The notes under the pieces are model-generated. The model did not search any database. It was not told the origin of the DNA and was given only the letters and a program-made list of their open reading frames with translations. A stretch of DNA of 64,000 nucleotides from an uncultured bacterium (GTDB lineage: Bacteria; Chlamydiota; Chlamydiia; Chlamydiales; VFKH01), in NCBI GenBank assembly GCA_964596685.1, contig CAZQVA010000001.1, positions 836-64,835 on the forward strand, written 5' to 3'. A program made the position numbers and the translations under genes. Below are positions 33,745-42,004 of the stretch, one piece after another. Within the stretch, counting starts at the first letter, position 1. Each line of letters begins with the position of its first letter.

Positions 33745-34266
33745 ATGTTAAAAGTAGAATGTTGTAGTGGCAATGGCGAGTGGATTGCTTCACGTGCCAA
33801 AGAAGACCCACAAGCGCGATGGATTGCCATTGAAATGCGTCAAGATCGCGCTACAAAAATCTGGAGACGGATCGAACGAGAGTCTTTAGATAATTTATTT
33901 CTGATGTGCGGACTGGCGCAAGATCTTATTCCCAACAGTTTTGAAGATCATTCTATCGATGAACTTCACATTAATTTCCCCGATCCATGGCCAAAAAAAC
34001 GTCATGCTAAGCACCGCCTTATGCAACCCTCTTTTATCATAGAATTGCATAAAAAGTTAAAACCCGGCGCATTATTTACTCTCATCACAGATGATCTCAC
34101 CTATATGGAAAATGCATCGATTCTTTTTGAGAATGGCTGGAAACCTCATTTCCCCGCTCCCTTCTTTTTAGAATGGAATAGAGATGCGTATGGCTATTCC
34201 TTTTTTGCACAACTCTGGCAACAAAAGGGAAAAGTCATTTACAAACTGGTTATGGAACGATGTTAA
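33745..34266 (+). CDS. trmB: tRNA (guanine46-N7)-methyltransferase, N-terminally short
   Basis: 173 aa. SAM-binding region LKVECCSGNGEWIA and the signature FPDPWPKKRHAKHRL. The frame is closed by TAA at 33679-33681 and has no ATG/GTG/TTG between 33682 and 33744. Confidence 0.85.
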   Translation: MLKVECCSGNGEWIASRAKEDPQARWIAIEMRQDRATKIWRRIERESLDNLFLMCGLAQDLIPNSFEDHSIDELHINFPDPWPKKRHAKHRLMQPSFIIELHKKLKPGALFTLITDDLTYMENASILFENGWKPHFPAPFFLEWNRDAYGYSFFAQLWQQKGKVIYKLVMERC

Positions 34267-35042
34267 GCCTAAACTTTGATGGCAACTATTTAGGCCCTCT
34301 ATTCCAAGATACACCAATCCAGATACATGCAGGGACAAATTGTAAGCTCATCACCTTAGACGCATCTGCCAACAGTGCACTAAAATGGAACTTTAAAGAG
34401 AGCGCTCTCAACGAAAAAAAAATCTTATGGGCTTTTGATTTTGGGCTTGAAGATGATGAGCGCGCCTTAAATAATAAAACACTCTTCCAGAGCCGCCAAC
34501 TGGCCATCGACTACTTTGTAAAAAATGTATGGCCCAATTTTCAAGATACCTCTCTTGGCGCTGTACTTTACTGCGGCCCTTTCTTTCCTCTTCATCAGCG
34601 ACATGCCTTTCTAGATTATTTACAACTGCTAGCTGTTGCCCTACCCCCCGAGCTTTCGCCTCTGCTACTTTTTGATGACACTTTTGAGAATCTTGAAAGC
34701 GAGTTAGAGTGGCTCTCGACGCCTTTATTAGAACCTTTTATCGTAGGATTAGAAGGTGCAAGCGCTCAACACCCCGCGATTCGCTGGAAAAGTGGCCAAC
34801 CCTTTTGTCAAAGCATGGAAACGGGCGTTGTCTTGCCTTTAAAGGAACACAAAGCGCTAAGCTCCCTGCATCGCTCTCTAGAAAGGGATGGGATTGCTTT
34901 TCGGTATATTCCCGAGGAGTTGATTTGTCAGCAGTGGGGAGGTCTGGAAACTCTTTATGTTATTGAAAATAGCTTAAGCAGCAATGGGCTACGCGCACTT
35001 GCCGGATTTGAAGCAGCTGGTGGCACAATCATCACTCGTTAA
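34260..35042 (+). CDS. hypothetical protein
   Basis: 260-aa ORF overlapping the trmB stop by 7 nt (ATGTTAA). I recognise no motif. Confidence 0.65.
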   Translation: MLSLNFDGNYLGPLFQDTPIQIHAGTNCKLITLDASANSALKWNFKESALNEKKILWAFDFGLEDDERALNNKTLFQSRQLAIDYFVKNVWPNFQDTSLGAVLYCGPFFPLHQRHAFLDYLQLLAVALPPELSPLLLFDDTFENLESELEWLSTPLLEPFIVGLEGASAQHPAIRWKSGQPFCQSMETGVVLPLKEHKALSSLHRSLERDGIAFRYIPEELICQQWGGLETLYVIENSLSSNGLRALAGFEAAGGTIITR

Positions 35043-35045
35043 AAG

Positions 35046-35351
35046 AGTGCAATTCAAAGGGTTAGTTAACTATTCATAGCTAGAATGGAAACTTCTCTCA
35101 ACGATTCAGAAGACAACCTATACCAAAAAATTCTTATTTTTCCTCCTCTGCGCGCTCTGTGAGCTCTGTGGTTCAAAAAAACAACACAAGTTTAAATAAA
35201 AATATTTGCAACAGAGTCCACAGGGTTCACAGAGGGCATACAAGTGGTTATACCTAATGCCGCATGAGAATTAATGGTGACCGGAGTGGGTATTAGAAGA
35301 ATAGGAACCCCTAGTTTTTTTCATCCCTCCTAACACTTTGAATGACACTCC
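35046..35351 (+). mobile_element. repeat family 1 MITE, copy 3 (about 306 bp) with 8-bp target-site duplication
   Basis: TIRs (G)AGTGCAATTCAAAGGGTTAG and CTAACACTTTGAATGACACT(CC). It is flanked by the direct repeat CGTTAAAA (35038-35045 and 35352-35359). The internal CTCTG-type stem and AT-rich loop are conserved. By eye it is about four-fifths identical to copy 1. Confidence 0.85.
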
Positions 35352-35353
35352 CG

Positions 35354-36226
35354 TTAAAATTTGGAGTTCGACTTTAAGCGTCTAGCTGTGCGATACCTCC
35401 ATCTACCATCTTCTTGCCACTGCAGATCGTGAATATTACTGATGTGGATATATGGAGCCCCTTCCGAAACTGTTGCATGGATAAATTGTCCATCTGCCAT
35501 GTACATCCCCACATGACGAATCGCATCAGAAGAATGACCAAAAAAGATTAAATCCCCCACTTCCATCTCCTCGAAAGGCACCTGACAAAAACCCTCCCAT
35601 CGTGCTTGGTCTTTGGCATCTCGAGGCAAAAGATATCCCATTTGCCTGTATAGCATCTGCACAAATCCCGAACAATCATAACCGAAACTAGAGCGCCCAC
35701 CCCAGGTATAGGGAAGCCCTATGAACTTTGCTGCAAAAGTCGGCACATCAATAATAGAGAGTTTTTTATCTTCAAAAGTGACATCACCTTGTTGAATATA
35801 GCCTTCACTTCCATCAGGTAACACCACTTGCAGCCATCTACCAGAAAGATCTTGAACAGAATTGCTGATCTCTAAACAACTATCAAATGGCAATGTAAGT
35901 CTAGGTCCTTTAACTGTATCAGGAATAGCGTATAAATGAGCAGCACTACGCACAACACGCACCACAGTGGCATTAGGATTAGGATAAGATGTGTCACCTG
36001 AAAGACACCCTTCTTTGATCCATCCCTGATAGTGATCGACAGCTGTTGCAACAAGGACCCATTCCCCTTGCTGCTTGATAAGTATCACCTCTTCTGAGAA
36101 ATACGCCGATGAGACGAGATCTGCGGTTTCACAAGGCTCTTCATACATCGCTAGAAGAGGAACGGTCACATAAAACGAGCCATAAATGCTGTTTGAAAGA
36201 ACTAGAAGCGCGAATAAAAATTTCAT
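35354..36226 (-). CDS. NlpC/P60 peptidoglycan endopeptidase with SH3-like N-terminal domains
   Basis: 290 aa with a signal peptide. The catalytic region is GLPYTWGGRSSFGYDCSGFVQMLY...IRHVGMYMADGQFIHA. Confidence 0.9.
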   Translation of the reverse strand: MKFLFALLVLSNSIYGSFYVTVPLLAMYEEPCETADLVSSAYFSEEVILIKQQGEWVLVATAVDHYQGWIKEGCLSGDTSYPNPNATVVRVVRSAAHLYAIPDTVKGPRLTLPFDSCLEISNSVQDLSGRWLQVVLPDGSEGYIQQGDVTFEDKKLSIIDVPTFAAKFIGLPYTWGGRSSFGYDCSGFVQMLYRQMGYLLPRDAKDQARWEGFCQVPFEEMEVGDLIFFGHSSDAIRHVGMYMADGQFIHATVSEGAPYIHISNIHDLQWQEDGRWRYRTARRLKSNSKF

Positions 36227-36242
36227 GACAATACACTATACT

Positions 36243-36263
36243 AGATTTTGTCTAAAATCCAGT
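36243..36263 (-). repeat. repeat family 3 solo end
   Basis: AGATTTTGTCTAAAATCCAGT is the reverse complement of ACTGGATTTTAGACAAAATCT. It matches the ends of the 37051-37212 element and the copy at 61830-61850. It lies 17 nt upstream of the NlpC/P60 start. Confidence 0.55.
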
Positions 36264-36350
36264 ACTATTGCCGTAGAAGAAAAAGCTAGCGGTTTCTATC
36301 ATTAGACCTCTTACGGAATTGTCTCCTAAAACGTTTTTAAAAGGCGCCTT

Positions 36351-37061
36351 ATGTCTTCTTCTCTAGTAGATCTCTTTGCTGTTGGCCCTATTTTTGTCCC
36401 CATAGAGGTGCGCGTTCATCAACGAGCCAAGCGACTGATCATGCGCTATGATACATGCCAACGACGCATTCTTGTTACAAGACCACCTCAAATTACCTCT
36501 AAGCAAGCTTTGCAATTTGTCGAAGAAAAAAGATCCTGGCTTGAATGTCAAATAAAAAAAGCTCCCACGACTACTGGAGTCGCCGATGGTCAGCTCATCA
36601 ATATATTAGGCAACTCCTATACCATTTGCCATATAGGAGGAGAGGGCCCGATAGAAATTGATCGCGATTGTCTATGCCTTACCGGGCCCTTAGATCAGCT
36701 ACACAAAAATCTTAAAAGATGGCTATTAAGTCACCTCATCGATTTTGTCGCTCCTTTAAGTCATGAAAAGGCCAGACTGATTAACAAAAGTGTGCGCTCA
36801 ATCACCTTACGCGATACAAAATCGCGCCTTGGAAGTTGCTCAAATACAGCCGATCTCTCTTACTCTTGGCGTCTCGTTTTTGCCCCCAAAGAAGTTGTCA
36901 CTTATGTCGTATGCCATGAGGTCGCTCATCTTGTCGAATTCAATCATAGTCATGCATTTTGGACCCTTGTCACCCATCTATGTCCCGATTGGCAGCAGCA
37001 TAAACAATGGCTTAAACTCCATAGTCCGCGCCTCTTTGCCAGCTTTATAGGTGGACTTTAG
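36351..37061 (+). CDS. YgjP-like M48/DUF45 zinc metallohydrolase
   Basis: 236 aa. HExxH motif in VVCHEVAHLVEFNHSHAFW. The last four codons and the stop lie inside the family-3 repeat. Confidence 0.85.
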   Translation: MSSSLVDLFAVGPIFVPIEVRVHQRAKRLIMRYDTCQRRILVTRPPQITSKQALQFVEEKRSWLECQIKKAPTTTGVADGQLINILGNSYTICHIGGEGPIEIDRDCLCLTGPLDQLHKNLKRWLLSHLIDFVAPLSHEKARLINKSVRSITLRDTKSRLGSCSNTADLSYSWRLVFAPKEVVTYVVCHEVAHLVEFNHSHAFWTLVTHLCPDWQQHKQWLKLHSPRLFASFIGGL

Positions 37062-37212
37062 ACAAAATCTGATATTTTTAAAGCGGTAGCTCCAGGGTAG
37101 ATTTAAGGCGAGGTGTCGTCGTGCATAGCTTTAGCTATTCGCGATGATGCCCCGCTTTGAAGATACTCTAGAGCTATCCCTGTAAAAACATCAGATTTGT
37201 CTAAAGTCCAGC
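37051..37212. repeat. about 160-bp imperfect palindromic element, repeat family 3 (full length)
   Basis: The ends are TGGACTTTAGACAAAATCTGAT (37052-37073) and ATCAGATTTGTCTAAAGTCCA (37190-37210). The interior halves are also mutually complementary when aligned by eye. Confidence 0.75.
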
Positions 37213-37279
37213 TAAAGGTAGCACAAAAAATACCCCGATGTTATAAAGAGATAAATTTCTTTATATAAGGACCAAAGCC

Positions 37280-38845
37280 ATGGCACGTTTCACACAAACG
37301 AGCAGCTATAAAACGCTAAAGGCGCTCGCACAAAATCCAATTGATCTTTCAAAAGAAGGTGTCCTGACCCCAGAACGTATTGAAAAAATGCAAGCGACAG
37401 CTGCTGGTTTTAAATTGCTCTATGGAACCGAACGTGTAACTGAAGAGGTCTTACAGCAATTGCAACAGCTGGCACAAGAGCAGCAAGTATTTGAAAAAAT
37501 GCAAGCCATGCAGCAAGGCGAAATCATTAACCGCATCGAAGGCTTTGAAAGTGAAAATCGCCGCGTTCTCCACACTGCAATGCGCGACTTTTTTGATAAT
37601 CCTCAAACGAGCCCTGCTGCTAAAGAGGCCACGCGTGCGGCGGCAGCAGAATTGCAAAAATTGACAGAATTTTTAGAAAAAATTGATGCACAAAAGCGTT
37701 TCACTAATCTCATTCAAGTGGGCATTGGCGGTTCTGATTTAGGTCCCCGCGCTCTTTATTTAGCTGCAGAAGCTTTTAAACGCCCTGATCGCAACGTCTA
37801 TTTTATTTCTAACGTGGATCCTGATGATGCTGCCAAGGTATTAAAAGGGCTCGATCTCAATAAAACACTTGTCGTCGTTGTCTCTAAGTCCGGTTCTACA
37901 CTTGAGACTTTGACAAATGAAGAACTCGTCGCTGCCCAATTTGCAAGTGCTGGTTTAAAACGCGAAGAACATTTTATCGCTGTTACTGGCAAGGGAAGTC
38001 CTATGGATGATCCTAAACGCTATTTAGCCTCATTCTACATATGGGATTTTATTGGCGGCCGTTATTCAGTGACTTCCATGGTGGGTGGAGTCATGCTGGC
38101 ATTTGGCCTCGGTGTCGATAAGTTTAAAGAGATCCTCAAAGGGGCCCACGAAATGGATCAAGTCGCCCTACAAAAGGATGTATCGAGTAACTTACCTCTC
38201 TTAAGCGCACTACTCGGCATATGGAATCGCAATTTCTTAGGCCTTCCTACTGTGGCCATCATTCCCTATTCCCAAGCATTAGTCCGTTTTACCGCTCACT
38301 TACAACAGTGTGATATGGAATCGAACGGCAAACATATTGAAAAAAATGGACAGTTTACTGATTTCGATACAGGACCCATCATTTGGGGAGAGCCAGGCAC
38401 CAATGGCCAGCATTCTTTCTATCAGTTGATCCATCAAGGAACCACAGTGGTTCCTCTCGAATTTGTGGGCTTTAAACAAAACCAACGCAAACAAGATCTG
38501 CTTATCCAAGGAACAACTAGTCAACAAAAGTTATTGGCTAACCTTTTTGCTCAATCTCTTGCTCTAGCAGTTGGTCAAAAAAGTGACAATCGCAACAAGC
38601 ATTTTGCAGGCAATCGTCCTAACCGCATTCTTCTCGGCCAACAATTGACACCTTTTGCCTTAGGCGCACTGCTCTCGTATTATGAAAACAAAGTTGCGTT
38701 CCAAGGATTTATCTGGGATATTAATTCTTTTGACCAAGAGGGAGTCCAATTAGGCAAGTTACTCGCTAATAAAATTTTAGCGATTGAATCAAAAAGCGCG
38801 ACAGAAGATTCTTTCCCCTTAGGAGCAGCATTATTGAAGCAATAA
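37280..38845 (+). CDS. pgi: glucose-6-phosphate isomerase
   Basis: 521 aa: IGIGGSDLGPR, VSKSGSTLET, ESNGK, GTNGQHSFYQLIHQG. Confidence 0.97.
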   Translation: MARFTQTSSYKTLKALAQNPIDLSKEGVLTPERIEKMQATAAGFKLLYGTERVTEEVLQQLQQLAQEQQVFEKMQAMQQGEIINRIEGFESENRRVLHTAMRDFFDNPQTSPAAKEATRAAAAELQKLTEFLEKIDAQKRFTNLIQVGIGGSDLGPRALYLAAEAFKRPDRNVYFISNVDPDDAAKVLKGLDLNKTLVVVVSKSGSTLETLTNEELVAAQFASAGLKREEHFIAVTGKGSPMDDPKRYLASFYIWDFIGGRYSVTSMVGGVMLAFGLGVDKFKEILKGAHEMDQVALQKDVSSNLPLLSALLGIWNRNFLGLPTVAIIPYSQALVRFTAHLQQCDMESNGKHIEKNGQFTDFDTGPIIWGEPGTNGQHSFYQLIHQGTTVVPLEFVGFKQNQRKQDLLIQGTTSQQKLLANLFAQSLALAVGQKSDNRNKHFAGNRPNRILLGQQLTPFALGALLSYYENKVAFQGFIWDINSFDQEGVQLGKLLANKILAIESKSATEDSFPLGAALLKQ

Positions 38846-38857
38846 GGAACATAAAAC

Positions 38858-39229
38858 ATGACTGTTAATGCCATCAAGCTTGTATGGATCGTTGTTAAGG
38901 ATCTAAAAAGCGCAATTGAATTTTATACAAAAACGGTAGGGCTGACCCTCAAAGAACATAGCCCTGAATTTGGTTGGGCGGAGTTGGTCGCCAAAGAAGA
39001 TGGAGCACGCCTCGGCCTTGCGCAAGAATCAGAAGCATTTCACCTAAAAGCTGGGTCTAATGCTGTTCCAACTGTCACTGTCGATAATATCGAAACCGCT
39101 AAGACCTCCTTCTTAAACCAAGGAGTACGCCTTATTGGGGAAACGATGGAAGTTTCTGGGCACGTCAAGTTGCAAACTTTTCAAGACCGCGATGGAAATA
39201 CCTTCCAACTTGTTGAGATGTTATCTTAA
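38858..39229 (+). CDS. VOC (glyoxalase/bleomycin-resistance) family protein
   Basis: 123 aa: VWIVVKDLKSAIEFYTKTVGL...FQDRDGNTFQLVE, a typical VOC fold pattern. Confidence 0.8.
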   Translation: MTVNAIKLVWIVVKDLKSAIEFYTKTVGLTLKEHSPEFGWAELVAKEDGARLGLAQESEAFHLKAGSNAVPTVTVDNIETAKTSFLNQGVRLIGETMEVSGHVKLQTFQDRDGNTFQLVEMLS

Positions 39230-41793
39230 CATGAGCTCGATAAGAGGGATTCAATATCGTCAATAGTGAATTCCTCTATTGAATCTTGACTCAGTTCATT
39301 CAATAGTTGTCTTTTTTGTGCCTTTAACTGAAGCATCTTTTCTTCAATTGAGTCGCGCATCACATAACGTTTTGCAATCACACAACCTTGACGACCAAAC
39401 CGATGCGCTCGATCAATTGCCTGTTGCTCTACTGCCTCATTCCACCAAGGATCAAAAAGTATGACATAATCTGCAGCCGTTAAATTGAGCCCCACTCCCC
39501 CTGCCTTAAGGCTGACAAGAAAACATCTTTCATGGCTATCATTTTGAAAGCGATCTACCAGACGCATACGTTCTTCTGGCAAAGTATTTCCATCAAGATA
39601 AAGGGGCGTGATTCCTCTTTCAGATAGCGCATTCTTAAGCCCACTCAGTACCGTTGTAAATTGACTAAAGAGGAGCACTTTACCAGTCGTTTCCTGCAAT
39701 TCATCCACTACAAGATCCCATTTAGCCCCCTTGGTTGCCGTATCTGGAACAACTAAAGGACAATAACAACACAACTGTCGCAAACGCAATAAGACCTCAA
39801 AAAGCTCCATACGCCATGGTTTGATTCCCTCACTACGGATTTTTTGCAAAAGCCCTGATTTAAAATTGCGAATATAATTCTGGTATAGCTCTTTTTGCAC
39901 CTCATCCATCTCAACAAATACTGTTTGCTCTATCTTTTCGGGTAAATCCTTTAATACTTCAGCTTTCGTGCGGCGTAAAAAAAATGGCTGTATCTGCTTT
40001 TGTAGTGCACGTGCGAGCTGTGGCGATGAACGCGTGCCTATGTGAGGTAAAAACCCGGGCATCAAGAAGTGAAAGAGACTCCACAAATCGAGTAAGCGAT
40101 TTTCGATAGGTGTGCCACTCATACACAGTCGCATCGCACCTTTTAAGGAAAAGGCACTTTGTGCAACTAAGGAGGCAGGGTTTTTAATTATTTGAGCCTC
40201 GTCCAGGACAATAAAATCAAAAACTTCCTTTTCAAAATGGATGCGATCTAATCGCAAGCGTGTATAGGAGAGCAGTGTGATGGAAGCGATTGCCTCTTCT
40301 TCTTCACCATAAATCACACAAGGATGATGTGGTAAAAAGCGCTTAATTTCATTTTTCCACGAATATAGAAGCGACGAGGGCATCACAATTAAAATACGAC
40401 TTGTTATGGGGAGTGTTGCAATAAAGGCCAGCACTTGTACCGTCTTTCCAAGTCCCATCTCATCAGCCAATAGCCCGGAAAATCCCCGTTGATAAAGCCC
40501 CCATAAAAAGCGAACGCCATCTTTTTGATATGGTCTCAAAGTTGCGGTGCACTCTTCTTTTAAACAGGGATCTTGTTGCCATTCTCTCACTTTTTCACGC
40601 AAATCAGCACTCAGAGGATAAATCTTCTGTTCACTCCAACTCATATCCCCTAAAGGCGCCTTTAAGGCATTTTTATCGCGTTCTGCGACGGAAAAAAAGG
40701 AAGGCAAGGAGGGCGTGAGAAGTGTTTCTTTTTCACCACTCAATAAAGCCATTCCTCCGTCGCTATGCCGCGCCCAGTCCGCCAATGAAACCTTCATATC
40801 TTGACTCACCAGCCCGCCTTTAGCAATGATGTGTGAATCATGCCAATCGAGTGAAATTGGCTCTATTGTGGCGATTCTTACTGGTAAACCGCGATTATCC
40901 AGCACCTTCCAACCACAACCAACCAGCAATTCCAACGCTTCCTTTACGCGATCAGAGGGGCAATAATAACTAGATGAAGCCATGGGACGCTCTTGATACC
41001 CAGCTTCTAAAAGATCAGGCTCAAAGGTTTTATCCTGACTTTTTGGCACACCGTTCTCAAGAGTTGTAAGATTTGCAAAAGATCCCGCGCGATCGGTGAG
41101 TAAAAGAAGGGGTTCCTTGTGGAGTTTTTGTGGAGTGGCATGCATCCAATGTATCGGTAAAAAAGGCTCTTCTACAAGATTCAGTAGGGTTCGCCCTTTA
41201 ATAACTGCTCCCTCAACACGAAATGGTTGAATGTCAGACCATGGCCATCTATGACAGAAAAGTCCCCCTTGATAAATCCCCCAATATGGACACAGCAAAT
41301 CACATGAATAAAGAGGGAATTGCTCTTCTGTACCGCAAAATGCTGTTATTATTGCCTGGTCTCCTACTTTTTCACCGATTAATTCCATGGGCAAGGGAAT
41401 GGGACTTATGAGATGGAGGGGCTTATTTTTAAAAAACAGCCTTGAAGAGCGTGCAAGTAATGCCAAATGCGACCATACGACAGATGCATCAACCTTCAGT
41501 AGACACAAATCGTCCGTTTCCAGATGGTAGGACTGCCCTGTTTTGCGTTTTTCGGCAATGTGATTCTCCAACAGGGCATTTAGGGCTGGCTTATCTAGTG
41601 AAGAAGCGATTTCTTGCAGGGTTTGATAATAAAGTTTACGTTTCTGTGCCGGCTGAAATACACCACCCTTTTCCACGACTTCATGTATGCGCAAAGTCAG
41701 TGTGTGGCGCTGTGTATTTTCAACCTGGCACGAGTCAATGTGGTAGTTCAACGTCTTTGTCATAGAAAAGCAAGTATACCAGTCAGCCTCCAT
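39226..41793 (-). CDS. SNF2/SWI2 family helicase
   Basis: 855 aa. Motif I [10 protein letters not shown], motif II [9 protein letters not shown], and a helicase C region (LLFSQFT...[37 protein letters not shown]-like). Confidence 0.93.
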   Translation of the reverse strand: [855 protein letters not shown]

Positions 41794-42004
41794 TTGAACA
41801 GCAAAAAAGACCTCCTAAACAATATATAAACAAATATTTTAAACAATCTCAGGAAGAAAGTGCTAGCTCTTTATCTGGTTTTATACTATAGAAATATTTA
41901 CATATGTCGCATTTTGACTATCAACCTTAAAATAGGCTGTCAAGCGAAATGCGTACCGCAGGATTCATCCTGTATATGTAATTATGCTAAAATGGAGTGC
42001 ATCG

